A stretch of DNA of 64,000 nucleotides from Sphingobacteriaceae bacterium. Lineage in GTDB: Bacteria; Bacteroidota; Bacteroidia; UBA7662. The stretch covers positions 18,144-82,143 of the forward strand of contig PNNG01000030.1 of assembly GCA_013824115.1 (NCBI GenBank). Reading direction: 5' to 3'. Below the pieces are notes generated by a model that was not told the origin of the DNA, did no database searches, and saw nothing but the letters and a program-made list of their open reading frames with translations. Numbering within the stretch: position 1 is the first letter of the stretch; every line of letters begins with the position of its first letter. A program made the translations under genes and the position numbers. Of this stretch, positions 9,437-19,096 are shown one piece after another.

Positions 9437-11266
9437 TTATTCGTAAAAGGCCCAGGTGATGCCGAAACGAAAGGCTCGGCTGTACATGGGGTAGAGGGGA
9501 ACGGTGTAAAAATTGGGGGCAGGAAAGCCTTGGTTGGCATGTTCAAATTTCACAAATACCCGGGTGCGCTTTACTTTGATGGCCGCAAAAAGATCGAAAA
9601 GCGGGTGATTTCCGGCTTGCAGACTGTCTTGCAGTACAAATTGCCCCACCTCGGGGCGGAAGCCCGGGGCCAAATAGGCCGAGTGGTACCTGAAATCGGT
9701 TCCTAATTGCAGTTCCCAACCGGTTTTGAAGCGGTGGTTGATGCTTAAAATATCCTGACTGAAAAAACGCGGGGCTCGCATGCTACTGCCATTTTCCACC
9801 CATTGCCAGCCATGGTTCAGGTCGAGACGGAATTTCCACCATTTTAAACTGCTGCTATAGCTGAGTTGCTGCAGGCCAAAGCTGCCTGCATCTTGGCGGG
9901 CCATTCCCTGGGCATCCCAAAATACCCAATCGTTGATTTGTGCAGTGCGGTATTGCAGCTTGCCTATGGGCAACTCTACCTGGGCAAATGCCGCACGCTC
10001 GCCCATGGCACGTAATTGCTGGTCCCACTGCTGGAAGAGCCCCTGAAACTGATTGGCCGCAAAACCTGCATTTTGTGTTTGATCTACCAAGCCGAGGCTA
10101 AAACGAACCCCTTCCTGGGCGACAAATCCGAGCGTGAATTCAGCCCTGTGCGTCCGGTCTTGCAAGGCATTGTAAAGCACTTGGGCATATTTGCCGCGCA
10201 ATTCAAAAGCTCCGAGGCGATAATGGATTTCCGCATTGGCCCACAAAAGTTGTTGCGTAAAAAAGCGATCTCCATTGCGGACATTGCCCAGGCTGTGGTG
10301 CAAAGCTGCTTGCCATTGGATATTACTGAGGGGCGTCAGACTTTTAGCTCCCAGGCTGTTTTCGAGCTGGCGAAAGCCATTGGAGTCGGGGGCAATGACC
10401 GGACTCAAACGCGCATTGGGATAATAAGCATTGTTGCTCGAAGGATCGCTAAAGGCCAGATATTCGCGTCGGTAGCTGAACTGGTGGAAAAGAGCCCAAC
10501 CCTTCAAGCTGCTGTCGGTACCCGCCATGCGCAATTGTTGGTTGAGCCACAAAGTACGGTTGTTGGTACGCAAACGGGCGCCGTTCAGATTCACGGGCAC
10601 CCCCAAAGGCGCTACAAAAAAGCCTTCTTCGAACAAGCGACCAGGCACAACGCCTCCGTTTTGTTCGTTGTTTTGATTGTTGGTGATGTATTGCAAGTGC
10701 GCGGCATACCTCCGGTTGGGTGATACCATGCTGCCAAAAAAGCGGAAGTTCTTGTTGTTAGTGGCTTCATTGGCGTACCAGCCATCGCTGCTGAGAAGGC
10801 GGTATTCGGCACCGATGTTTACTGTTTTTCCAATATTCTGTGTGTGAAACAGCCGGAATGCCTGTTGGTTGTTGCCTCCTCCCGAGCTGAAATCGAAACT
10901 GGTGAGGGGCTTGTTTACCGACCAAAAACGACCGCTATCGGCTCGAAAATCGTACAAGGCAAAGGCATCAAAGCCACTGGCAAAAGGGCGAAAAGCACCT
11001 GTGCCTAGGAGCAATGGCCGCGCAGCCGATCCAACTACGCCTAAATTAGCCCATGCCGAACTACCCGTGGCGGGGTCGTATTGCCATACCCGGTGCAAAG
11101 CGGTATCGGGCTTTTGATAGAAGGTAGTATCGAATCCAAAGTCGGAAAGTACATATTGCCTGATGACCATGCTTTTTTCGAGCAAGGCCGAGCTGTCTAC
11201 TTGCCCTTGGGTGGGCAGCACGCTCATGGCGCAAAGCGCAAAAACGAGTATGCCCAGCTGCCTCAC
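9437..11266 (-). CDS. Putative porin (Bacteroidota Porin_10-like outer-membrane beta-barrel)
   Basis: Signal peptide MRQLGILVFALCAMSVLPTQGQ, 609 aa, alternating aromatic/Gly strands, and the terminal ..FRFGITWAFYE. Confidence 0.6.
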   Translation of the reverse strand: MRQLGILVFALCAMSVLPTQGQVDSSALLEKSMVIRQYVLSDFGFDTTFYQKPDTALHRVWQYDPATGSSAWANLGVVGSAARPLLLGTGAFRPFASGFDAFALYDFRADSGRFWSVNKPLTSFDFSSGGGNNQQAFRLFHTQNIGKTVNIGAEYRLLSSDGWYANEATNNKNFRFFGSMVSPNRRYAAHLQYITNNQNNEQNGGVVPGRLFEEGFFVAPLGVPVNLNGARLRTNNRTLWLNQQLRMAGTDSSLKGWALFHQFSYRREYLAFSDPSSNNAYYPNARLSPVIAPDSNGFRQLENSLGAKSLTPLSNIQWQAALHHSLGNVRNGDRFFTQQLLWANAEIHYRLGAFELRGKYAQVLYNALQDRTHRAEFTLGFVAQEGVRFSLGLVDQTQNAGFAANQFQGLFQQWDQQLRAMGERAAFAQVELPIGKLQYRTAQINDWVFWDAQGMARQDAGSFGLQQLSYSSSLKWWKFRLDLNHGWQWVENGSSMRAPRFFSQDILSINHRFKTGWELQLGTDFRYHSAYLAPGFRPEVGQFVLQDSLQAGNHPLFDLFAAIKVKRTRVFVKFEHANQGFPAPNFYTVPLYPMYSRAFRFGITWAFYE

Positions 11267-12075
11267 AGGCTGCCAATCAATTCGCTGATGATGTGGGTCA
11301 TGTGCGGTTCGGCCTTGTGCGCGGCTTCCACAATGCTCTCAATGGTTACCTTTTCGGGTTCTTCGGGAAACCCTTCGTCGGTAATCACCGAAATAGCAAA
11401 ACAAGGCATGCCCATTTGGCGGGCTACAATCACCTCCGGAACGGTACTCATGCCCACGGCATCGCCACCAATGCGGCGCAAATATTCGTATTCGGCCGGC
11501 GTTTCAAGGGCGGGACCTTGCACCGCTACATAAACCCCACTATGTACCTTGATGCCATCGCGCTGGGCAATGCCCAAGGCTTTGTTAATAAGGCCTAGGT
11601 CGTAAGGTTCGTTCATTTGCGGGAAGCGGGGACCAAACTCAGGCAAGTGCATGCCACGCAGCGGATGCTCGGGGAGCAAATTGATGTGATCGCGCAGGAT
11701 CATGAGCTCCGAAATTTTGATAGCCGGATTCAGTCCGCCCGACGCATTGGAAACAAACAGGGTTTTTACACCCAGGTACTTCATCACCCGCACCGGGAAG
11801 GTTACTTGCTGCATGCTGTAGCCTTCGTAATAGTGAAAGCGACCTTGCATTACCATCACCCGCTTGCCATTGAGCAGGCCAAAAATGAGTCGACCGCGGT
11901 GGCTTTCGGTGGTGCTGATGGGGAAATTGGGGATTTGAGAATAAATCAATTGGTGGGTTACTTCCACCTCATTTACCAGCGAACCCAAGCCTGTTCCTAA
12001 AATGATGCCCACTTCGGGAGTTTCGCCAATGCGTTCGCGCAAAAATTCAACGGTTTCTTTGATATTGCTTAACAT
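11263..12075 (-). CDS. Purine nucleoside phosphorylase (trimeric PNP/PunA type)
   Basis: Motifs are GIILGTGLG, ESHRGRLIFG, MQGRFHYYEGY, FVSNASGGLNP and VGMSTVPEV. The start is either MKTM (12084) or MLSNIK (12075). The gene overlaps the 3' end of lpxK. Confidence 0.9.
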   Translation of the reverse strand: MLSNIKETVEFLRERIGETPEVGIILGTGLGSLVNEVEVTHQLIYSQIPNFPISTTESHRGRLIFGLLNGKRVMVMQGRFHYYEGYSMQQVTFPVRVMKYLGVKTLFVSNASGGLNPAIKISELMILRDHINLLPEHPLRGMHLPEFGPRFPQMNEPYDLGLINKALGIAQRDGIKVHSGVYVAVQGPALETPAEYEYLRRIGGDAVGMSTVPEVIVARQMGMPCFAISVITDEGFPEEPEKVTIESIVEAAHKAEPHMTHIISELIGSL

Positions 12076-13105
12076 AGTCTTCAATCATGCGGATGAATAT
12101 ACCCCGGTCATGCTCGTCGAACCCTATTTCAATAGGCAAGTACGCCAGGGGAATTTGTTTGTCGATGAACCACTGCGCATGTTCACGCAGCTTCACAAAG
12201 TCTTTTTCGGTGGTAAGCACCAACTTTTTGTTGCCCTCCATGGCCGCAAACTGCTTCTCTATCTGCTGCAGTTGTTTGTTGCCGTAGTGTTGGTGATCGG
12301 CATAGGCCAGGTGCATGTACGACAAACGCTTGCGATCGAGCATATCGGTGAGCGATTGGGCATTGGCCAGGCCTGTTACCAAAAGCAATTGTTGGCTGGG
12401 GTGTAATTTTTCTTCCTCAAAGGGCTCGAGGTAAACCGGGTCGCCATAACGGATGTGTGAAAAAATTACTTGCTGGTTGGCTGCTGGATTCACCTTGGTG
12501 TACACGTATTTTTTGTCGTACACATTCACATTTACGGGTGCCTTGGTGAAAATAATCAAGTCGGCCCGCCGGTAGGCATTTTTGAACTCTCTCAATTTGC
12601 CAGCGGGCAGCAATTGGTCTTTGTAAAAGGGTTCATTGTAATCGCTCAGCAGGATGTTCAGGCCGGCTTTTACCTTGCGGTGTTGAAAGCCATCGTCGAG
12701 CACCACGGCCGATAGAAAGGGATTTTGTTCGAGTAATTTTTCGATGCCCGTTTTGCGGTCTTCGCATACAGCCACTTGCACGTCGGGCAATTTGAGGTGC
12801 ATTTGGAAGGGCTCGTCGCCCAAGCTGCGGGCATTGTCGCTCTCACCCGCCAAACGAAATCCGCTTGTTTTGCGCTTATAACCCCTGCTCAAGATGGCTA
12901 CTGAGGGAAAAACCTCCGCCAACATGGCCGCCACCAGTTCGGTATGAGGAGTTTTTCCGGTACCTCCTACGCTCAGATTGCCGATTTTAACCAAGGCCAA
13001 ATCGAAGCCATACGACTTCAAAATCCCTAAATCGTAGAGTGCATTGCGTATAGCTATACCCAAAGCATAAAGCCACGATAACGGAAGCAACCAATACCTT
13101 TTCAC
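12047..13105 (-). CDS. lpxK: Tetraacyldisaccharide 4'-kinase
   Basis: WLYALGIAIRNALYD and VKIGNLSVGGTGKTP (P-loop) form the typical LpxK N-terminus. Length is 352 aa. Confidence 0.9.
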   Translation of the reverse strand: MKRYWLLPLSWLYALGIAIRNALYDLGILKSYGFDLALVKIGNLSVGGTGKTPHTELVAAMLAEVFPSVAILSRGYKRKTSGFRLAGESDNARSLGDEPFQMHLKLPDVQVAVCEDRKTGIEKLLEQNPFLSAVVLDDGFQHRKVKAGLNILLSDYNEPFYKDQLLPAGKLREFKNAYRRADLIIFTKAPVNVNVYDKKYVYTKVNPAANQQVIFSHIRYGDPVYLEPFEEEKLHPSQQLLLVTGLANAQSLTDMLDRKRLSYMHLAYADHQHYGNKQLQQIEKQFAAMEGNKKLVLTTEKDFVKLREHAQWFIDKQIPLAYLPIEIGFDEHDRGIFIRMIEDYVKQYQRNR

Positions 13106-13231
13106 ACCTATGGAATAGCCCCCGAAACTAAAGAATAATTTTTACAAAATAACGCTCAAAGACATGCAATCTCCAGCAGGCTGTTGGCAGGCTGGCAGTT
13201 GCTGCCGTATCTTTAGGCCATGCGAGAAGCA

Positions 13232-14323
13232 ATGCAGTTGCACACTTTGTGTCGGGCGCTTGAAACTTGGGCACCTTTGATGTTGCAAGAAGATTACGAC
13301 AATTCGGGACTTTTAGTGGGTCAACCACACATGGAAGTAACGGGGGTTTTGGTGAGTCTCGATTTGACCGAAGCGGTCATCGACGAAGCCATTCAGCGCC
13401 GATGTAATGTGGTGGTGAGTCACCATCCTATCATTTTTGGCAAACTCAAACGACTCACCGAGAGCAATTATGTGGAGCGTTCGGTGGCCAAGGCCATTCG
13501 CGCCGGCGTGGCCCTGTACGCCATCCATACCAATCTCGATCACCTGCAGGCTGGGGTAAGTGCCCGCATGGCAGCCGCGTTGGAGTTGGTAAACGGAAGG
13601 GTGCTTCAGCCTAAAAAGGGCCTTTTACGCAAATTGGTCAGCTTTGTGCCCACTGCCCAATTGGAGCAAGTGCGGGAAGCGCTTTTTGCAGCCGGGGCAG
13701 GTCATTTGGGCAACTATACCCACGCCAGTTTTGGCAGCGAAGGGGTGGGGACTTTTTTGGCAGGAGAAGCTGCAAATCCATTTGTGGGCGAAAAGGGCAA
13801 GCTGCAGTGGGAGCCCGAAACCCGCTTGGAAGTCTTGTATCCGGTTTGGAAGGAGGGCGCGGTATTAGAGGCCTTGTTCGCTGCACATCCTTACGAAGAA
13901 GTGGCCTACGACCTCCTACCCTTGGCCAATGCCACAGCTGATTTTGGTGCTGGCTACCTGGCCGAATTGGCAGTACCCATGGCGCCTCTTGCCTTTTTGG
14001 AGCTGCTAAAAGCCCGGTTTGGAGGAATGGTGCGATATACCGATTTGCCCCAAAAACCCATCCATAAAGTGGCTTTGTGCGGTGGTTCAGGTTCCTTTTT
14101 ACTGCCCGATGCCATCAAGGCAGGAGCAGATGTGCTGATAACGGCCGATTTTAAATACCATCAGTTTTTTGATGCCGACAACCGCATTCTCATTGCCGAT
14201 TTAGGTCATTACGAAACCGAACAGTTTACGAAGGATTTAATAGCGAAATATTTAAGCGAAAAATTCACTACATTTGCGGTCTTAATTTCGGAAACGAAAA
14301 CCAATCCAGTCAACTACTTATAA
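13232..14323 (+). CDS. Nif3-like dinuclear metal centre protein (GTP cyclohydrolase 1 type 2 homologue)
   Basis: Motifs are EDYDNSGLLVG, VVVSHHPIIF, YAIHTNLD and ITADFKYHQFFDA. Start is MQLHTL at 13232, or alternatively 13220. Confidence 0.85.
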   Translation: MQLHTLCRALETWAPLMLQEDYDNSGLLVGQPHMEVTGVLVSLDLTEAVIDEAIQRRCNVVVSHHPIIFGKLKRLTESNYVERSVAKAIRAGVALYAIHTNLDHLQAGVSARMAAALELVNGRVLQPKKGLLRKLVSFVPTAQLEQVREALFAAGAGHLGNYTHASFGSEGVGTFLAGEAANPFVGEKGKLQWEPETRLEVLYPVWKEGAVLEALFAAHPYEEVAYDLLPLANATADFGAGYLAELAVPMAPLAFLELLKARFGGMVRYTDLPQKPIHKVALCGGSGSFLLPDAIKAGADVLITADFKYHQFFDADNRILIADLGHYETEQFTKDLIAKYLSEKFTTFAVLISETKTNPVNYL

Positions 14324-14328
14324 GCAGC

Positions 14329-15066
14329 ATGGAAAGCACCATTGAACAAAAACTCCGCTCGCTATACCAACTACAGCAAATCGACTCCAAAATCGACCAG
14401 TTGCGCACCTTGCGCGGCGAGTTGCCCATGGAAGTGAAAGATCTTGAAGACGAGATTGAAGGTTTGGAAACCCGCCTCGAAAAATTCAACGAAGACTTGG
14501 TAGGTTTAAAGAAACTCATCGCCGAAAAGCAAGCCTTTATCAAAGATGCCCAAGCTCTCAAAACCAAATACGAGCAGCAGTTGATGGGTGTAAAAAACAG
14601 CCGTGAATACGATGCGCTTTCGAAAGAAGTAGAGATTCAAGGGCTTGAAATTCAAATTGCTGAGAAGAAAATCCGCGAGATCAATGCGCAGATCGATGGC
14701 CGCAGTCAAGAACTGCAGCGCTTTAGCGATGAACTGGCTGGTCGTAAAAAGGATCTCGACAACAAGAAGGCCGAACTCAACGATATTGTTGCCGAAACCG
14801 AAAAAGAAGAACAGGATTTGATATCTGCATCCGACAAGGCCCGCACAGGCATAGAGGAACGCTTGTTGGTAGCATATACACGCATTCGTAAAAATTCACT
14901 CAACGGCCTTGCTGTTGTAACGGTGCAGCGCGATGCTTGTGGTGGTTGCTTCAACCAAATTCCACCACAGCGTCAAATGGATATCCGTACCCGCAAGCGC
15001 ATTGCCATTTGCGAGCACTGCGGTCGCATCTTGGTAGATGCCGATATTGATGCAGTTACTGCGTAA
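14329..15066 (+). CDS. Coiled-coil / C4 zinc-ribbon protein (COG1579/DUF164 type), the usual Nif3 neighbour
   Basis: Long heptad-rich coiled coil followed by CGGC..(x19)..CEHCGR. The position immediately after the Nif3-like gene is a conserved pairing. Confidence 0.75.
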   Translation: MESTIEQKLRSLYQLQQIDSKIDQLRTLRGELPMEVKDLEDEIEGLETRLEKFNEDLVGLKKLIAEKQAFIKDAQALKTKYEQQLMGVKNSREYDALSKEVEIQGLEIQIAEKKIREINAQIDGRSQELQRFSDELAGRKKDLDNKKAELNDIVAETEKEEQDLISASDKARTGIEERLLVAYTRIRKNSLNGLAVVTVQRDACGGCFNQIPPQRQMDIRTRKRIAICEHCGRILVDADIDAVTA

Positions 15067-15086
15067 TCATGCTTAAACAACAAAAG

Positions 15087-15110
15087 AGCCGCGAATTCGC
15101 GGCTTTTTTG
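15087..15110 (+). terminator. Rho-independent terminator
   Basis: Perfect hairpin agccgcgaattcgcggct followed by a T run. Confidence 0.8.
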
Positions 15111-15216
15111 TTTTACGAGCCAATCGCAATTCCATGGGTTTAATGTAGGGTTTACTTCTGCTCAGGAGTACGGCTCAAATGAAGTACCCTTGAGAGGTTT
15201 TGATTATATTCGCCAC

Positions 15217-15456
15217 ATGCTTCGGCCCCTTCTTTTCTGTTGCATTGCATTTGGGTTTTTGTCGTGCCAGCGCGAATACAATTGCGCCTGCACTGCGGTA
15301 CATACAGAAGCAGAGCGGGAATTATTGCGGAAGCACAGTGTAACGCCTATCATGGCCAAAGATGAAGCCCAAGCACAATCCGATTGCGTTGGCGCCAATC
15401 AAGACCGAATGGTGTATAGTGTGCGCGTACGTATCAATTGTGAGCTTGTTCCTTGA
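15217..15456 (+). CDS. Small cysteine-rich lipoprotein, family member 1 (divergent)
   Basis: MLRPLLFCCIAFGFLSC lipobox-like signal, then QREYNCACTAVH..KDEAQAQSDC..INCELVP. Shares its Cys pattern with the ORFs at 16424 and 16717. Confidence 0.5.
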   Translation: MLRPLLFCCIAFGFLSCQREYNCACTAVHTEAERELLRKHSVTPIMAKDEAQAQSDCVGANQDRMVYSVRVRINCELVP

Positions 15457-15730
15457 GCGAGCGAACCAATCACAGCCAAAACAGCTCTTACACAAGCAGC
15501 GTAGCACTAAAAAGAGCAGGTTGATTACTGTACCTGCCCTACATAGGGTAAGAGCAGCACAGACCCAAAGACAGCGCATCCCATTGCTTTTTGCAGTTGA
15601 TTGTAGCATAAATAACGGCGTTTCTTGGGCAGCCATGTTTCCTTCGAGGAGGTACAGTGGTCCACAGCCAACCTAACCTGCCCACACTGCTCTGGTGTTG
15701 GGCTGTTCATTGCACCTTGCCCATAAGCGT

Positions 15731-15761
15731 AAAAAAATCGGATTGCTTTGCAACAATCCGA
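15731..15761 (-). terminator. Rho-independent terminator for the beta-barrel gene
   Basis: On the minus strand, hairpin atcggattg..caatccgat followed by T7. Confidence 0.7.
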
Positions 15762-15811
15762 TTCCAATGCATTTTTAAACGTTCACAAGGCATCTAAGCG
15801 ATGCTGTTGGC

Positions 15812-16318
15812 TTACCTCCAACGATAACGCACCGAAAGCCCAGTAGAGCTAAAGGCCATACCTGTTCCACCAATGATGTTCAAGGCAGGTTTCCAATCGA
15901 GCGAGAGGTTGATAGGAGCACCTGGGAAATTGTACTGGGCACCCAAGGCAAAGTCAACGCCTATGCCGGTAACGGAGCCCAATTCTACCCAACCGGGCCG
16001 CGTTCTGTAATTTGCGCGGTAATTCCAAAGGTGTCCGCCAGCGCCGGCATACCAGTCGAGACCGGGTAAATCAGCAGTGATTGGTTTGTGGAAGAAGTGA
16101 TAGAGCACTGTGATGCCCTGAAACCAATCGCTAAGGTGTAAAATACCTTCGTAAGCGGCACTTCCTGCATGGTGCTTGAGGGTGATGCCAGCATCGGGAC
16201 CAAGTCTCAAACCTGCACTCGTGCCTCCCGAGCTTTTGTAGCCGCCTTGGGCTTGAACCTGGAGGTGAAGCAGAGCTACCAAAGAAAACATGGTGATAGA
16301 TGCGATTAGCTTTTTCAT
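15812..16318 (-). CDS. Small outer-membrane beta-barrel protein
   Basis: Start trimmed to MKKLIASITMFSLVALLHLQVQAQ. Gly/aromatic strand pattern, ending ..LSVRYRWR. Confidence 0.6.
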   Translation of the reverse strand: MKKLIASITMFSLVALLHLQVQAQGGYKSSGGTSAGLRLGPDAGITLKHHAGSAAYEGILHLSDWFQGITVLYHFFHKPITADLPGLDWYAGAGGHLWNYRANYRTRPGWVELGSVTGIGVDFALGAQYNFPGAPINLSLDWKPALNIIGGTGMAFSSTGLSVRYRWR

Positions 16319-16423
16319 GGTGTTGGTGTTTATAAACAAATATCGGCACTTATACCGCATAAGAGGTGCGAAATTTTCAGTAAGTTGATTTTATGTATTA
16401 TTTTGTCGTCCAATGATGGATGT

Positions 16424-16675
16424 ATGCGCTACTTCTACTTGATTTTATGGTGTGCCTTGAGTTTGGTTTTATGCAGCTCTTGTTTGCGTACGTATGTGTG
16501 TTCGTGCGAAACGGTGATTACCGATACGTCGAGCGGAATGCTGAAGTCAAATACTCAATTTGGCATTTCCATCGAAAGCTATGATCGCAAGGAAGCCATG
16601 AATGCTTGTCAGGCAGCAAACCTAACAACCATTTTCGACGATGAAACTACAGTAACCTTCTGCAAACTGAAGTAA
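16424..16675 (+). CDS. Small cysteine-rich lipoprotein, family member 2
   Basis: MRYFYLILWCALSLVLCSSC signal/lipobox, then LRTYVCSCETVI..DRKEAMNACQ..DDETTVTFCKLK. Confidence 0.6.
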   Translation: MRYFYLILWCALSLVLCSSCLRTYVCSCETVITDTSSGMLKSNTQFGISIESYDRKEAMNACQAANLTTIFDDETTVTFCKLK

Positions 16676-16716
16676 GTCAAATGCGCTATTCTTACATAAG
16701 GTAAAACCCATTTGAG

Positions 16717-16977
16717 ATGATTAAAGCGACTATCATTTGCCGATGGTTCCTCGGCTTGCTGCTGTGCACCTTAACGGGTGGATGCTTGAAAACCTACACC
16801 TGCCATTGTGAAACAGTAATAGTGGAAAATGCCACTTTGAGGATAAAAAGCCGCGACGAATTCCGAATAAAGGTAGAAGCCCTCAATCGCGCAGATGCAG
16901 AAGCAGCCTGCGGCCAATCCCAATCTACCATAGCCTTAGACGAAGAAACCTCGGTTACCCAGTGTGGACTTCGGTAA
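16717..16977 (+). CDS. Small cysteine-rich lipoprotein, family member 3
   Basis: ..LLLCTLTGGC then LKTYTCHCETVI..NRADAEAACGQ..DEETSVTQCGLR. Clear paralogue of the preceding ORF. Confidence 0.6.
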   Translation: MIKATIICRWFLGLLLCTLTGGCLKTYTCHCETVIVENATLRIKSRDEFRIKVEALNRADAEAACGQSQSTIALDEETSVTQCGLR

Positions 16978-16997
16978 GTTCACCCAAGGGCTAATGC

Positions 16998-18395
16998 TTA
17001 CCGTACAAGGGGCCGTTTGCGTAAACGATGTATCCCCCAACCAGTGATGTATGCACCTGATGAAGCCAGTGATCCCCAAATAAGGGCAGGAACGGCAGTT
17101 TGAACCAAGTGCTCGCAAAAATACCAGGCAACTAAACCAGCCATCATCGACAGTGCCGCAGGAAGGGCATGGGCGTATTTAGGTAAGAATACAGCGACCG
17201 TCATAGGTACCAAAAGCGTAACCAGTCCCAATAAACTGGCTTCCCCTACCAAAGCATAAATATTGGTACGCTGTAAAGCCATCAGGCATCCCGAAAATGC
17301 CATGAAAACAACCGACAAGCGCAATAGCAACAAAAATTGCTTGTCGGTGAGTGGTTTACGAAGCAGCGGTTTAACGATGTTTTCGCTCAATATGCTGGCC
17401 GGTGCCAATATGGCTCCCGAACAAGTGCTGAAAATGGCAGATAAAAGCGCACCGAAAAATACAATTTGGAGCCCAAGCGGCATTTTGGTAAGCATTACCT
17501 TGGGCAGCACTTGCTGCATATCGCCTTGCAACAAATGGGGGTATAGATGTCGGGCTGCCAACACAATGAGCAAGGGCAAAACAGCAATGAGGAGGTAAAT
17601 AACGCCGCCCCAGTAAAACGAATGTACAGCAACCCGCTCGTTTTTGCTGGCATTCATGCGCTGAAAGATATCTTGCGACGGAAGACTGCCCAGGCCCAAG
17701 GTCATCCAGGCCGCCAAATAGTGTAGCCAGTCATGGGTGGTTGGGGGAGGTAAAATTTTAAAATGTTCGGGCGGCGTGCTTTGGGCCAGTACGGCCAAGC
17801 CACCAGCTTCGTTCACCAGCAAAACGCAAGCCCAAACGAGTCCAGCAACAATGATGATGCTTTGCGCAAAATCGGTGATAGAGATGGCCCACATCCCACC
17901 AGCCAAAGTATATATGCTTACCACCACCGTGCTCAGAATGATGCCCTGCGTGAGACTGATGCCAGCCAACATCTCAAGCAGTAAGCCCAAAGCCACCAAT
18001 TGAGCGGCAATGTATCCAAAAAAAGTAAGCAGCATAAAAAGGGCCGCAAGTTGTTCTACTTGGCGACCATAAGCTTCCCTGTATAAATCGCCCAGGGTAA
18101 GCAAATTCATGCGGTATAACCTACGTGCAAACAAGCCACCAAAAAGTAGTAGACATAAAAAGCCTCCTAATGGGTCTTCAATAATGCCGAGCAAGCCATT
18201 TTTCAAAAATGCTGAAGTAGCACCAAAAAGGGTTTCGCTGCCAAACCACAAGGCAAATAAGGCCGCAGAACTCAAAAACAGAGGCAGGCTTCGGCCAGCA
18301 TTCATAAAGTCGCCACTGTTTTTGATCAGGCGCATCGAAAATACACCTACCAGCACGGTTAGCACCAAGTATCCTACTACCGCTGCCAATAACAT
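16998..18395 (-). CDS. Sodium:solute symporter (SSF) family transporter
   Basis: 465 aa polytopic protein. N-terminus is ..DFMNAGRSLPLFLSSAALFALWFGSETLFG, and LTLGDLYREAYG is also present, both typical of SSF. Confidence 0.8.
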   Translation of the reverse strand: MLLAAVVGYLVLTVLVGVFSMRLIKNSGDFMNAGRSLPLFLSSAALFALWFGSETLFGATSAFLKNGLLGIIEDPLGGFLCLLLFGGLFARRLYRMNLLTLGDLYREAYGRQVEQLAALFMLLTFFGYIAAQLVALGLLLEMLAGISLTQGIILSTVVVSIYTLAGGMWAISITDFAQSIIIVAGLVWACVLLVNEAGGLAVLAQSTPPEHFKILPPPTTHDWLHYLAAWMTLGLGSLPSQDIFQRMNASKNERVAVHSFYWGGVIYLLIAVLPLLIVLAARHLYPHLLQGDMQQVLPKVMLTKMPLGLQIVFFGALLSAIFSTCSGAILAPASILSENIVKPLLRKPLTDKQFLLLLRLSVVFMAFSGCLMALQRTNIYALVGEASLLGLVTLLVPMTVAVFLPKYAHALPAALSMMAGLVAWYFCEHLVQTAVPALIWGSLASSGAYITGWGIHRLRKRPLVR

Positions 18396-18396
18396 G

Positions 18397-19062
18397 CTAT
18401 TGCCTGAATGGCGCCCTTAATTGCTCGCTTTCAGCGGCCATGGCATGAATAATGGCGTCTAACTCGTCGGCAGAGGTTCGGAGCTTTTCGAGTAGTTCAG
18501 CATCGCCTTGGTTTTGTAAGTAGAGCAAATCGGTCAAACTCATTAAACGGGCCAAGGGAGCGCGCATGAGGTGCGATTGCATCCAGGCAATTTTCATCAA
18601 TTGCTCATTTTGCACTTGAACGGCTTGGCGGTGGTGTTCTCGTTCGGTTATATCTTGCTGAATGCCCATCAATCCGGTAATGGCACCCGCTTCGTTATAG
18701 ATGGCCTGGTAATCGCCTTCAAAAATCACTTCCTCCCCATTGGCATTGCGCTCGGTGCTGATTGCATGGTGCCTGCCCTGTTCGAAAATGGCCCTGAGCA
18801 GCACTCTTTCCTGATCCAGGTCGTGCTCAAAAAAATTGGCAGGGGTTCGTCCCAGAAAGTCGCCTAAACGGGCCTTGTATTGTTTAAGCATGGTATCGTT
18901 GATGCGATACAAGCGCAAATGATGTAGCAAGTATTCGAGTTCTTCGGTATTGGATGCCCCTTTTACCCACTGAACGGCTTGCTCGGTTTGCATAAAAAAC
19001 ACCCCAAAAAGCGGGTTATTGAAGAATAACTTTAATTCAAACTCGGTAGGGTTTTGCGGCAT
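18397..19062 (-). CDS. PAS domain plus HisKA (H-box) protein lacking a kinase ATPase domain
   Basis: PAS-like core ..GEEVIFEGDYQAIYNEAGAITGLMGIQQDITERE, followed by the H-box region AWMQSHLMRAPLARLMSLTDLL. The ORF ends about 60 aa later, so no N/G1/G2 boxes are present. Its stop is 1 nt from the SSF start. Confidence 0.65.
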   Translation of the reverse strand: MPQNPTEFELKLFFNNPLFGVFFMQTEQAVQWVKGASNTEELEYLLHHLRLYRINDTMLKQYKARLGDFLGRTPANFFEHDLDQERVLLRAIFEQGRHHAISTERNANGEEVIFEGDYQAIYNEAGAITGLMGIQQDITEREHHRQAVQVQNEQLMKIAWMQSHLMRAPLARLMSLTDLLYLQNQGDAELLEKLRTSADELDAIIHAMAAESEQLRAPFRQ

Positions 19063-19096
19063 AGATGGTAGTCCTCTAACCGAAGGTATGCAATTT

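Noticed and set aside
15457-15730. About 270 bp of non-coding DNA after the first Cys-rich lipoprotein gene as a possible ncRNA
   Set aside because: No recognisable conserved ncRNA motif (SRP, 6S, tmRNA, RNase P) and no strong structure apart from the terminator at 15731-15761. Left unannotated.
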